A DNA stretch of 64,000 nucleotides from an uncultured Arcobacteraceae bacterium (lineage in GTDB: Bacteria > Campylobacterota > Campylobacteria > Campylobacterales > Arcobacteraceae). The position numbers and the translations under genes were made by a program. The first letter of the stretch is position 1; each line of letters starts with the position of its first letter. Below are positions 10,532 to 20,631 of the stretch, in pieces. The DNA lies in the NCBI GenBank assembly GCA_964022095.1, contig CAXHZO010000004.1, positions 32,001 through 96,000 on the forward strand. Direction: 5' to 3'. The notes below the pieces were generated by a model. That model did no database searches. It was not told where the DNA came from and worked only from the letters and a program-made list of their open reading frames with translations.

Positions 10532-12391
10532 ATGGAAAAATATATATACATTGCACTTTTTGCTCCATTAGTAGGTTCTTTAGTAGCAGCGCTTTTTTCA
10601 ACTCAAAAGAAAACTCTATTTACTGGTGTATTTACATCATTTATGTTAGCTGTTTCAATGGTTGCTTCATTAAATTTACTCCATCATGTTTTCACAACAG
10701 ATGAAACACTTCATACAAATTTATTTGATTGGATTGTTATTGGAAATCTAAATATTCCATTTGGATTTGTTGTTGATCACGTATCAGTTGTTATGATGTC
10801 AGTAGTAACTGTTGTTTCAACAATGGTTCACATTCACTCAATTGGTTATATGGAACATGATAAAGGTTTTAATAGATACTTCTCTTACCTATCAGCTTTT
10901 GTTTTTTCTATGTTAGTTCTTGTTATGTCTGATAACTTTGCAGTCCTATTTATTGGATGGGAAGGTGTTGGAGTTTGTTCATGGTTATTAATTGGTTTTT
11001 GGTATCACAAAGAATCAGCATCATGGGCAGCAAATGAAGCTTTCATTATGAATAGAGTTGGAGATTTAGGATTACTTCTTGGTATGTTCTTATTATATTG
11101 GAATCTTGGTACTTTACAATATGATGCAGTATTTGCACAAATTTCGACTTTAGAAACATCTACTCTTATTTGGATTGGGTCATTGTTATTCCTTGGAGCT
11201 ATGGGTAAATCAGCGCAATTCCCACTTCATACTTGGCTTGCAGATGCAATGGAAGGACCAACTCCCGTTTCAGCATTAATTCACGCAGCAACAATGGTAA
11301 CAGCAGGGGTTTACTTAGTAGTTAGATCAAATGAATTATATGTATTAATTCCAGAAGTCGGATATGCAATAGCAGCACTTGGTGCATTTGTTGCAATATT
11401 TGCTGCAACTATGGCATTAGTTAATAATGATATGAAAAGAATTATTGCTTACTCAACACTATCTCAACTTGGATATATGTTTGTTGCTGCTGGGCTTGGA
11501 GCTTATTGGGTTGCACTATTCCATCTTGCTACTCATGCATTTTTTAAATCAGTATTATTTTTAGGTGCAGGTAATGTTATGCATGCTATGGATGATGAAC
11601 TTGATATTAGAAAAATGGGTGGACTTCATAAGAAAATGAAAGCTACATCATATATTATGATTATAGCTTCACTTGCCCTTGCTGGTATTTTCCCACTTGC
11701 AGGGTTCTTCTCAAAAGATAAAATTTTAGAAGCAGCATTTAATGGTGATGCAATTGTATTATGGGCTATCTTATGGATAACTGCTGGTTTAACTGCATTT
11801 TATTCATTCAGACTCGTAATGAAAATATTCTTCGGAGAGCAAAATTATAGTGACGAAGAATTCCATCCTCATGAAGCTAAAAATTTCGTGATTGCTGCAA
11901 TGATTCCATTAGCCGTTCTTGCTGTAATTGCAGGATGGTTCGAACATTCATTTATTGATTTTGTTACAAAGACACTTCCAACTTGGGAAGCAAATAATAT
12001 ATCACATGGAACAGCATGGATATTAATTTTAGTAACAAGTGCTGTTGCGATACTTGGTATTGCAGTTGCAGTAGTGAAATATAGAAATGGAGGGTTTAGT
12101 AAATCTTGGGAAGATACAGCAGTTTATAAATTGCTTTCTAATCAATATTATATTCCAAAATTCTATGAAGTATTTATTTCAAAACCATACTATGCATTTT
12201 CAGTTTGGGTATGGAAAGTGATTGAAATTAAATTAATTGATAACTCAGTTGATAATATAGCACATTTTATTAACAAAATGGGTGTAAAAGCAAGACTAAT
12301 TCAATCAGGTAATTTATCAACAGCCTTAAGACTAATGGTAGTAGGACTAATCTTAGGATTAGTATTTGCATTAGTTTTATCGGTATTATAA
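10532..12391 (+). CDS. nuoL: NADH-quinone oxidoreductase subunit L
   Basis: GWEGVG, NRVGD, GKSAQFPLHTWLADAMEGPTPVSALIHAATMV, HAFFK. Confidence 0.98.
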   Translation: MEKYIYIALFAPLVGSLVAALFSTQKKTLFTGVFTSFMLAVSMVASLNLLHHVFTTDETLHTNLFDWIVIGNLNIPFGFVVDHVSVVMMSVVTVVSTMVHIHSIGYMEHDKGFNRYFSYLSAFVFSMLVLVMSDNFAVLFIGWEGVGVCSWLLIGFWYHKESASWAANEAFIMNRVGDLGLLLGMFLLYWNLGTLQYDAVFAQISTLETSTLIWIGSLLFLGAMGKSAQFPLHTWLADAMEGPTPVSALIHAATMVTAGVYLVVRSNELYVLIPEVGYAIAALGAFVAIFAATMALVNNDMKRIIAYSTLSQLGYMFVAAGLGAYWVALFHLATHAFFKSVLFLGAGNVMHAMDDELDIRKMGGLHKKMKATSYIMIIASLALAGIFPLAGFFSKDKILEAAFNGDAIVLWAILWITAGLTAFYSFRLVMKIFFGEQNYSDEEFHPHEAKNFVIAAMIPLAVLAVIAGWFEHSFIDFVTKTLPTWEANNISHGTAWILILVTSAVAILGIAVAVVKYRNGGFSKSWEDTAVYKLLSNQYYIPKFYEVFISKPYYAFSVWVWKVIEIKLIDNSVDNIAHFINKMGVKARLIQSGNLSTALRLMVVGLILGLVFALVLSVL

Positions 12392-12403
12392 GGGGTTTCG
12401 TAA

Positions 12404-13930
12404 ATGGAAAATATTTTATCAATGCTTATATTCTTCCCAGCAGCAGCTGCAACATTAGGGTTTTTAATTGACAAAAACTCTATGAGACAGTTTGGTGTAG
12501 TTGTTACAGTTGTGGAGTTTGTATTAGCGATTCTTTTATGGTACCACTTTGATATCAATGTAGCTGAGATGCAGTTTGTTCAATCACTGCCACTAATTAG
12601 TGAGTATGGTATTACATACACAGTTGGGGTTGATGGTGTATCTCTTTTCTTAGTTGTAATGATTACTTGTGTAACTATGATAGCAGTTATAGGATTAACA
12701 GTTAAAAAAGGTATGAAAAACTTAATTATCTCTATTTTATATTTAGAGATGACTATGGTTGGGGTTTTTGTATCACTTGATGTTATTATGTTCTATATCT
12801 TCTGGGAGTTAACACTAATTCCGATGTTCTATGTAATTGGATTTTGGGGAGCTGAAAAAAGGTTTTATGCGGCAATTAAATTTTTCTTATATACATTTGT
12901 AGGTTCACTTGTAATGCTAGTGGGTATTTTATATTTTGGATATATATATCATCAAACTACAGGAACATGGAGTTTTAGTCTATTTGATTGGAATAGTATT
13001 ATTTTACCATTTAATGCACAAATGTGGTTATTTATTGCATTCTTCTTTGGTTTTGCAGTAAAAGTACCAATGTTCCCATTCCATACATGGCTTCCATTAG
13101 CTCACGGTCAAGCACCAACAATTGGTTCTATTATGCTTGCAGCTATTTTACTTAAAATGGAAACATATGGATTTATTAGATTTTCATTACCATTGTTTCC
13201 TGATGCGTCAGTTTATTTTGTACCATTTATGGCAACACTAGGACTTATTGCAATTATTTATACTGCAATGGTAGCTTATGCACAAGAAGATATGAAGCAA
13301 ATGATTGCATACTCTTCAATTTCACATATGGGTGTAATTACACTTGGGGTGTTTGCATTAAATGTTGAAGGTATTGCAGGATCGGTTTATTTAATGATTG
13401 GACATGGTATTGTTTCAGGTGCACTATTTATGGCTGTTGGTATTTTATATGACAGACGACAAACTAAGATGATTGGTGCTTTTGGAGGACTTGCTAATAA
13501 TATGCCTTTATTTGCATTATTTTATGCAGTTATTTTAATGGCATCTATTGGTTTACCTTTAACAGTAGGATTTATTGGTGAATTCTTGTCATTACTTGGA
13601 TTCTTTAAATTCTCTCCAATTTTAACTGTAATTGCATCACTTACTATTGTATTAAGTGCAGTTTATATGTTAGCAATGTACAAAAGAACATTCTTTGGTA
13701 AGTTGGTAAAACCTGAAAATAAATCTTTAAAAGATATTTTTGGTAGAGAGTTAGTTGCTCTTGGGTCATTAGTTGTATTAACTATTGCACTTGGTATTTA
13801 TCCAAAAATTATACTTGATCCTTTAAATACAACTGTAACAAATCTTACAAAAGTAATGGAAATTAAAGCAGTGAATGAAGAGACAAAAGAAAAACTTAGA
13901 GCGTTAAACTCTATTGGGGAGGTTAAGTAA
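12404..13930 (+). CDS. nuoM: NADH-quinone oxidoreductase subunit M
   Basis: FYIFWE, KVPMFPFHTWLP, AYSSISHMG, GFIGE. Confidence 0.97.
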   Translation: MENILSMLIFFPAAAATLGFLIDKNSMRQFGVVVTVVEFVLAILLWYHFDINVAEMQFVQSLPLISEYGITYTVGVDGVSLFLVVMITCVTMIAVIGLTVKKGMKNLIISILYLEMTMVGVFVSLDVIMFYIFWELTLIPMFYVIGFWGAEKRFYAAIKFFLYTFVGSLVMLVGILYFGYIYHQTTGTWSFSLFDWNSIILPFNAQMWLFIAFFFGFAVKVPMFPFHTWLPLAHGQAPTIGSIMLAAILLKMETYGFIRFSLPLFPDASVYFVPFMATLGLIAIIYTAMVAYAQEDMKQMIAYSSISHMGVITLGVFALNVEGIAGSVYLMIGHGIVSGALFMAVGILYDRRQTKMIGAFGGLANNMPLFALFYAVILMASIGLPLTVGFIGEFLSLLGFFKFSPILTVIASLTIVLSAVYMLAMYKRTFFGKLVKPENKSLKDIFGRELVALGSLVVLTIALGIYPKIILDPLNTTVTNLTKVMEIKAVNEETKEKLRALNSIGEVK

Positions 13931-15432
13931 TGATTGAGCCTATTAATATTAGTTTAGAAAGTCTAAACTTAGCTACAATAGCACCAGTTTCTATCGCAAT
14001 TCTTGGTGCATTAGGAATTTTATTAACTGACCTTTTTAATAAAGATAAAGATAAATCACTTTATGTAGTTATTGTTGCATTGTTCTTGATTTTTGACTTA
14101 TTTACGTTATTAGCATTTAACTCTGATGAGAGAGGTTTATTTGATTTAATGCTTATTGATGGTATTTCAATTATATCTCAGTGTGTTATTTTAGTTGGCG
14201 CATTGATGTTTATTTTCTTAGGTGTTTCAAAACTAAGATTCCAAGAGTTTAGGTATGCTGAATTCTTTGCATTGTATTTATTCGCAATAGCAGGTTTTCA
14301 GTTTATGGTAAGTACAGACTCATTAATCTTAATTTTTGTTGGACTTGAAACATCATCTTTAGCACTGTATACAATGATTGCAATGCACAATAGAATGGTT
14401 TCTATTGAAGCTGCAGTTAAATACTTTACTATGGGTGCATTAGCAGCTGCTTTCTTTGCCTTTGGTTCTATGATGTTCTATGCAATTACAGGTTCTGTTG
14501 AATTAGCACAAATTGCTCAAGTATTAAATGAACAAAACTTCTTCTCACGTGAAAACTATAGTAACTACATCTTAATGTTAGTTGGTTTTGTATTTATGTT
14601 TGCAGCACTTGGATTTAAACTATCTCTTTTCCCCTATCATACTTGGGTTCCTGATGTTTATCGTGGTTCGACTTCTGCAATGGCAGGGTTCTTATCAGTT
14701 GTTCCAAAAATGGCAGGTTTTGTTGTAGCATTAAGATTCTTTGAAATCTTTATTCAAGCAGATGATATTATTATTCAAACAATGCTTTATACAACTGTCG
14801 TTTTAACAATTACGATTCCAAACTTAATTGCGCTGCAGCAAACAGATATTAAAAGGATGCTTGCGTATTCATCAATTTCAAATGCTGGTATGGCAATGGC
14901 AGCAATAGTAATTGGAACACATCAAGCTACAAATGCACTATTTTTATACTGGGTACTATTTGCAATCACTAATTTTGGAGCATTTGGTATGTTATGGTTA
15001 AATAGAGGTAAAGAGTATAAAGATTATGATTCACCATATGATTTTAAAAAGTTTTCTGGACTTGCTCAAATTTCACCATTCACAGCTTCAATTTTAGGAA
15101 TGTTTTTATTTGCATTAACTGGACTTCCTCCTTTTGCACTATTTTGGGGAAAAATGTATATCATTGCAAGTGCTGTAAATGCAGGTCATATTGCCTTAGC
15201 AATTATTATTGTATTAAACTCAGCAATTGCTGCATACTATTATTTAAGACCAGTATCATATATGTTCTTAAGAGATCCAGATGGTGAGTTAAAAACTAGA
15301 TTTATGCAAAATGGGTCAACTACTATGAAAGTGGCTATTGGAATTGCTGTATTCTTAACACTAATTTCAGTATTTTTAATTGATCCTCTATTAAGTACTA
15401 TTTCTACTTACGTGTCTAGCGCAGGATACTAA
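13930..15432 (+). CDS. nuoN: NADH-quinone oxidoreductase subunit N
   Basis: EAAVKYF, GFKLSLFPYHTWVPDVY, KRMLAYSSI; last gene of the operon. Confidence 0.97.
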   Translation: MIEPINISLESLNLATIAPVSIAILGALGILLTDLFNKDKDKSLYVVIVALFLIFDLFTLLAFNSDERGLFDLMLIDGISIISQCVILVGALMFIFLGVSKLRFQEFRYAEFFALYLFAIAGFQFMVSTDSLILIFVGLETSSLALYTMIAMHNRMVSIEAAVKYFTMGALAAAFFAFGSMMFYAITGSVELAQIAQVLNEQNFFSRENYSNYILMLVGFVFMFAALGFKLSLFPYHTWVPDVYRGSTSAMAGFLSVVPKMAGFVVALRFFEIFIQADDIIIQTMLYTTVVLTITIPNLIALQQTDIKRMLAYSSISNAGMAMAAIVIGTHQATNALFLYWVLFAITNFGAFGMLWLNRGKEYKDYDSPYDFKKFSGLAQISPFTASILGMFLFALTGLPPFALFWGKMYIIASAVNAGHIALAIIIVLNSAIAAYYYLRPVSYMFLRDPDGELKTRFMQNGSTTMKVAIGIAVFLTLISVFLIDPLLSTISTYVSSAGY

Positions 15433-15437
15433 AAAAA

Positions 15438-15473
15438 ATAATTCTAACTATTTGAAATGATAGTTAGAATTAT
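15438..15473. terminator. Hairpin (probable terminator) at the end of the nuo operon
   Basis: Perfect 14-bp inverted repeat ATAATTCTAACTAT / ATAGTTAGAATTAT starting 6 nt after the nuoN stop. Confidence 0.7.
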
Positions 15474-15487
15474 AGTACAATATTTTT

Positions 15488-15976
15488 ATGAAAAAAATAT
15501 TGTTTTGCTTGTTTATCTTTACCTCTTTACTTTACTCAAACTCTTTAGGATTAACTTCCAAAGATATAATTAGTTTAAAAAAGATAAGATCTTTGGCAAA
15601 TGAAAATATGATGAAATACTCTTTAATGGCAATTGCTATAAAAGAATCTTCACTTGGAAAAAATCAAATAAATCATAGAACAAAAGATTATGGCCCATTT
15701 CAAGCAAATATTAAAACAGTATTATCTAGACAAAAAGTAGCAGATACTCCTGAAAATAGAGCCTATTATTCAAACAAACTATTAACAGATGTAGGTTTCG
15801 CAACCGCAAATGCAATTATAGAATTAAGGTATTGGAAAAAAGTTCATAAAGATAACTGGGCAAAAGTCTGGGCAAGTTATAACACAGGATATAGATACAA
15901 AAGTAATACTGGATATAAATATGCACAATCAATATTTAAGATTATAAAAAAGCTAAAAGTAGAGTACAGGTTATAA
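15488..15976 (+). CDS. Secreted lysozyme-like / lytic transglycosylase (SLT-type) protein
   Basis: Signal peptide; AIAIKESS (catalytic Glu), DYGPFQ, ASYNTG motifs. Confidence 0.7.
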   Translation: MKKILFCLFIFTSLLYSNSLGLTSKDIISLKKIRSLANENMMKYSLMAIAIKESSLGKNQINHRTKDYGPFQANIKTVLSRQKVADTPENRAYYSNKLLTDVGFATANAIIELRYWKKVHKDNWAKVWASYNTGYRYKSNTGYKYAQSIFKIIKKLKVEYRL

Positions 15977-16043
15977 ATCAATTATAATCAAAGCATAAAG
16001 GGAAAGTAGATAGAATCCTACTAGAAAAGATGAAGGAATAAAT

Positions 16044-16907
16044 TTGAAAAGAATTAGTGTAGCTCACTCTCCAGATGCAGATGACATTTTTATGTATTAT
16101 GCTATTAAGTTTGGTTGGGTAACTGCTAAAGATGCAGTATTTGAAAATATCGCTGATGATATTGAAACTTTAAACCAAGCAACTTTAAGAGGCGAATATG
16201 ATATTTGTGCAATTTCTTTTGCTTTATATCCGCTGATTAAAGATGATTTTGCACTTTTAAAAACTGCTGTTTCTTTTGGTGAAGGTTATGGTCCTAAGCT
16301 TATTAAGAAAAAAGGTACTAAGTTAAAAAGAAATTTTAAAGTTGCACTTAGTGGAGAGTTTACTACTAATGCATTATTATTTAAAATAGCTTATCCTGAT
16401 GCAAGAATCACATATATGAATTTCTTAGAAATTGAAGCAGCTGTACTTGATGGAACAGTTGATGCTGGTGTTTTAATTCATGAATCAATTCTAAATTATG
16501 ATGAAGCATTAGAAGTTGAGAAAGAGATGTGGGATGTTTGGGTTGATCTTAGTGGTGGAGATTTACCCTTACCACTTGGTGGAATGTGTATTAGAAGATC
16601 AATTCCCCTTCATAGTGCAATAGATTATGAAAACACTTTAATAAAAGCAGTTGATGTAGCAAATAAAAATAGAAATGTATTAGCTCCGATGCTTCTTGAA
16701 AAAGGTTTAATAAGAGTTGATGCAAGTACCCTTGATACATATTTAGATCTTTATGCAAATGATAATTCAGTACAATTAAGTGAAATACAATATCAAGCTT
16801 TAGATAAATTATATGAGTTAGGTTATAAACACGGTTTTTATGAAAATTTAATAAAAGCAAAAGATTTTTTAATTCCTAGTGAATACGAAGAATTAAGGGC
16901 TCAGTAG
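16044..16907 (+). CDS. mqnD: 1,4-dihydroxy-6-naphthoate synthase (futalosine menaquinone pathway)
   Basis: HSPDADD, DIETLN, GEGYGP, GVLIHE, LPLPLGG motifs; TTG start with AAGGA RBS. Confidence 0.85.
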   Translation: MKRISVAHSPDADDIFMYYAIKFGWVTAKDAVFENIADDIETLNQATLRGEYDICAISFALYPLIKDDFALLKTAVSFGEGYGPKLIKKKGTKLKRNFKVALSGEFTTNALLFKIAYPDARITYMNFLEIEAAVLDGTVDAGVLIHESILNYDEALEVEKEMWDVWVDLSGGDLPLPLGGMCIRRSIPLHSAIDYENTLIKAVDVANKNRNVLAPMLLEKGLIRVDASTLDTYLDLYANDNSVQLSEIQYQALDKLYELGYKHGFYENLIKAKDFLIPSEYEELRAQ

Positions 16908-17693
16908 TTGAAAAACACAACTAAAACAATAGATTTTAAAAGATACTCATCAATAAAAATTGGTCCAGTATTAGATGTATTAGTTATAAATGAGATTGGA
17001 GATTATAGTGATTACCAAATAATTGGAAAAGCTAATAATTTGCTAGTTTCACCTAATACTAAAAAAAAATTTGCTGTTTTAGGTGAAGAGTTTGATTATA
17101 TAAAAAAAGAGGGCGATTTACTTTATGTAGGTTGTGCAACAACTTCTGGTAAACTACTAGCGTATTGCAAAAAAAATGATATATCAGATTTAGAATTTTT
17201 AGCTAAGTTACCTGGAAATTTAGGTGGTTTAGTTAAAATGAACGCAGGTTTAAAATCTTGGGAAGTATTTAACTATATTAATAGTATAAAAACTAAAGAT
17301 GGATATATCAAAAAAGAAGATATAAAGTACTCTTATAGAAATACAAAAATTGATACAATAGTTTATGAAGTTGTGTTTAATTTAAATTATGGATTTAGTA
17401 AAGAAGACTTAGCAAAATTTGATGAGATGAGAAATAACCAACCTAGAGTTCCTAGTGCTGGTAGTTGTTTTAAAAATCCAAAAGATGATTTTGCAGGAAG
17501 GTTAATTCAAGAAATTGGATTAAAAGGTCTAAAAAAAGGTAATATGAGTTTTTCAGAACAACACGCTAATTTTTTAGTAAATTATGGCGATGGAACATTT
17601 GAAGATGCGATTTATTTAATAGATTTAGCCAAAAAAAAGATAAAAGAGCAGTTTGATATAGATATTAAAGAAGAAATTATAATTTATAAGTAA
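16908..17693 (+). CDS. murB: UDP-N-acetylenolpyruvoylglucosamine reductase
   Basis: LPGNLGGLVKMNAG, YSYR, QPRVPSAGSCFKNP, HANFLVN. Confidence 0.95.
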   Translation: MKNTTKTIDFKRYSSIKIGPVLDVLVINEIGDYSDYQIIGKANNLLVSPNTKKKFAVLGEEFDYIKKEGDLLYVGCATTSGKLLAYCKKNDISDLEFLAKLPGNLGGLVKMNAGLKSWEVFNYINSIKTKDGYIKKEDIKYSYRNTKIDTIVYEVVFNLNYGFSKEDLAKFDEMRNNQPRVPSAGSCFKNPKDDFAGRLIQEIGLKGLKKGNMSFSEQHANFLVNYGDGTFEDAIYLIDLAKKKIKEQFDIDIKEEIIIYK

Positions 17694-17748
17694 TATTAAT
17701 TAATTTATGTTAGAATGCAAAAAATTTAAAATAGTGTAAGGTTTTTTA

Positions 17749-20112
17749 GTGAAAAATTTAGTGATAGTGGAGTCCCCAGCAAAAGCAAAAACAATATCAA
17801 AGTTTCTAGGAAGTGATTTCAAAGTAATGGCATCTATGGGCCATGTAAGAGATTTACCTAAATCAAAATTAGGATTTGATCCAGAGAATAATTTTGAACC
17901 AAAATATCTTGTCTCAACGGATAAGAAAAAAGTTATTGCAGACTTAAAAAAACAAATTACTAAAGATACTACTATTTACCTAGCGGCCGATGAGGACCGA
18001 GAGGGAGAAGCTATTGCGTGGCACTTAATTCCTGCACTAAAAATAGAGAAAAACCCTATAAAAAGAATTGTATTTCATGAGATTACGAAAGATGCTATTT
18101 TAAAAGCTCTAGAGAGTCCTAGGGATGTTGACCAACACTTAGTTGATGCACAACAAGCAAGAAGAATATTAGATAGAGCAGTTGGATATGAACTGTCACC
18201 ATTATTATGGAAAAAAGTAAGATATGGTTTAAGTGCTGGTAGAGTTCAATCAGTAGCTGTTAGAATTATTGTTGATAGAGAAAATGAAATTAGAGCTTTT
18301 GTTCCTGAAGAGTTTTGGAAAATAAAAGCAGATTTTATAGATCCTGAATTAAAATCAGAATTAGCAAAAATCAATGGCAAAAATCAAAAAGTACCAAATG
18401 AACAAGAAGCAAGAGCTATTGAAGCTTCTTTAAATCAAGGTCAGTATGAATTAGTTGATATTGAAGAAAAAGAGAGTAAAAGAAACCCTGCTGCTCCATT
18501 TACTACTTCAACACTACAACAAGAAGCATCTAGAAAACTTGGCTTTTCTGTTAAGCAAACAATGATTATTGCTCAGCAATTATATGAAGGAAATGTTGGA
18601 AATATCCCAGGACATACTGGTGGTTTAATTACTTATATGAGAACTGACTCATTAAATCTTTCAACAGTTGCTACAAGTGCTGCTAAGAAGGTAATTGAGA
18701 CTGAATATGGTAAAGATTACTCTTTAGCAAAACCAAGAGCATATAAATCTAAAGCAAAAGGAGCACAAGAAGCTCACGAAGCGATTAGACCTGTTAATTT
18801 AGCACTAAAACCAAGTGATATTAAAGCATATGTAGATTCATCACAATTCAAGTTATATAGTTTAATTTGGAAAAGAACATTAGCAACACAAATGGCAGTT
18901 GCAAAAATTGCAAACACTACTTATAAAATTCAAGCTGGTAAAGATGGTGAATTTGAGTTCCAAACAAAGGGACAAAGAATTATATTCCCTGGATTTATGA
19001 AAGCATATACAGAAGGTAGTGATAATCCAGAAGCGGCATTAGATAGTAGTGAAAAAATCTTACCAAATATTAAAGTAGGAACTATTTTAAATTTAGAAAA
19101 ATTAGAGTGTGAACAAAACTTTACTAAACCACCTGCAAGATATACAGAAGCCTCACTTGTTAAGAAATTAGAAAGTGAAGGTATAGGTAGACCTTCTACT
19201 TATGCACCAACAATTTCAACTATTCAGCAAAGAGAGTATGTTTCAAAAACTGAGGATAAAAAATTAATACCAACACCAACTGGTGAAATTGTTAATAGTT
19301 TCTTAGTTGATCACTTCTCTCATATTGTTGATTTAGGTTTCACTGCAAAGATTGAAGAAGAGTTTGATGAAATTGCAGAAGGTAAAATTGCTTGGGAACA
19401 AGTAATGCAAGACTTTTACGGTGATTTTAAAAAGACTATTTCTGAAAAAGAAGAGAGTGTTAATAAAGAAGATTACCTACAAGTAAGAGAACTTGGAACT
19501 GATCCAAAATCAGGGAAGCCAGTAAGTGCTAGAGTTGGAAGATTTGGTCCATTTATTCAAATTGGAACAAAAGATGATGAAGAAAAACCAAAGTTTGTAG
19601 CAATTCCAGAAGATAAAAATATGGATACAATCAGTTTAGATGAGGCATTATTCTTATTTACATTACCAAGAGTTGTTGGACAAGATAGTGAAGGTAATGA
19701 TATAAAAGCAAATATTGGAAGATTTGGTCCATATTTACAAATTAAAACAAAATACTACTCACTAAAAACAGATGACCCATATAAAATAGAGTTACCAAGA
19801 GCCTTAGAAGTAATTAAAGAGCTTGATGAAGCAAAAGCAAAAGCAACTATTAAAGAGTTTGAAAAAGAGAAAATTCAAGTTCTAATTGGTAGATATGGTC
19901 CATATATTAAACAAGGTAGAAAAAACTTTAAAATACCAAAAGGTTTAGAAGCTGAAGATTTAACTTTAGAGGAATGTGAAGAGATTATTGCTAAAGATCC
20001 AAAATCTAAAACTACAGCAAAAAAAGCTCCTGCAAAAAAAGCACCAGCAAAGAAAACGACTACAAAAAAAACTACAGCAAAGAAAGCACCAGCTAAAAAA
20101 ACTGACAAATAA
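17749..20112 (+). CDS. topA: DNA topoisomerase I (type IA)
   Basis: LVIVESPAKAKTI, DEDREGEAI, SAGRVQ, ITYMRTD, AQEAHEAIRP; C-terminal GRFGP repeats and Lys/Ala-rich tail; GTG start. Confidence 0.98.
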   Translation: MKNLVIVESPAKAKTISKFLGSDFKVMASMGHVRDLPKSKLGFDPENNFEPKYLVSTDKKKVIADLKKQITKDTTIYLAADEDREGEAIAWHLIPALKIEKNPIKRIVFHEITKDAILKALESPRDVDQHLVDAQQARRILDRAVGYELSPLLWKKVRYGLSAGRVQSVAVRIIVDRENEIRAFVPEEFWKIKADFIDPELKSELAKINGKNQKVPNEQEARAIEASLNQGQYELVDIEEKESKRNPAAPFTTSTLQQEASRKLGFSVKQTMIIAQQLYEGNVGNIPGHTGGLITYMRTDSLNLSTVATSAAKKVIETEYGKDYSLAKPRAYKSKAKGAQEAHEAIRPVNLALKPSDIKAYVDSSQFKLYSLIWKRTLATQMAVAKIANTTYKIQAGKDGEFEFQTKGQRIIFPGFMKAYTEGSDNPEAALDSSEKILPNIKVGTILNLEKLECEQNFTKPPARYTEASLVKKLESEGIGRPSTYAPTISTIQQREYVSKTEDKKLIPTPTGEIVNSFLVDHFSHIVDLGFTAKIEEEFDEIAEGKIAWEQVMQDFYGDFKKTISEKEESVNKEDYLQVRELGTDPKSGKPVSARVGRFGPFIQIGTKDDEEKPKFVAIPEDKNMDTISLDEALFLFTLPRVVGQDSEGNDIKANIGRFGPYLQIKTKYYSLKTDDPYKIELPRALEVIKELDEAKAKATIKEFEKEKIQVLIGRYGPYIKQGRKNFKIPKGLEAEDLTLEECEEIIAKDPKSKTTAKKAPAKKAPAKKTTTKKTTAKKAPAKKTDK
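20008..20103 (+). repeat. Low-complexity KKAPA/KKTT coding repeat in the TopA tail
   Basis: KTTAKKAPAKKAPAKKTTTKKTTAKKAPAKKT. Confidence 0.85.
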
Positions 20113-20115
20113 ACA

Positions 20116-20631
20116 ATGAAAATAGGAATCTTATCGGATAGTCATACTAAAATTGACTATACCGAGGATGTTATCAATCATCTAAAAGAAAATGGGGCTG
20201 AATATTTAATTCATGCTGGGGATTTATGTATTGAAGAAAATCTTGAACTTTTAGAAAAATCAGGTTTAAAATATGTTAGTGTGTTTGGAAATAATGATTA
20301 TAGATTACTTGAACTTTCATCGAAGTATTTTATAAAAACAGAACCATATTACTTTAAAATAAAAGATATAAAGTTCAAACTTATGCATTTGCCTTATCAT
20401 TTAACACCTGATAGCGATGTTGTAATTTTCGGGCATACACATGAGTTCTCTCAAGAATATATAAATAATACCCTTTTCCTAAATCCAGGTGAAGTTTGCG
20501 CAAGAGAGAAGCCACTCATTGAATGTGTAATACTAGAAATTAAAGAAAATGAGTATATAATCTCATTCTATTTTAAAAATACAAAAGAAAATTTTTTCAG
20601 GAAAGAAGAGTATAAATATGAACGAAAATAA
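20116..20631 (+). CDS. YfcE/MJ0936-family metallophosphoesterase
   Basis: SDSH, HAGD, GNND, GHTH, NPGE motifs. Confidence 0.9.
   Translation: MKIGILSDSHTKIDYTEDVINHLKENGAEYLIHAGDLCIEENLELLEKSGLKYVSVFGNNDYRLLELSSKYFIKTEPYYFKIKDIKFKLMHLPYHLTPDSDVVIFGHTHEFSQEYINNTLFLNPGEVCAREKPLIECVILEIKENEYIISFYFKNTKENFFRKEEYKYERK

Noticed and set aside
15488-15976. Prophage remnant suggested by the lysozyme-like gene
   Set aside because: No holin, integrase or other phage genes nearby; flanked by housekeeping genes
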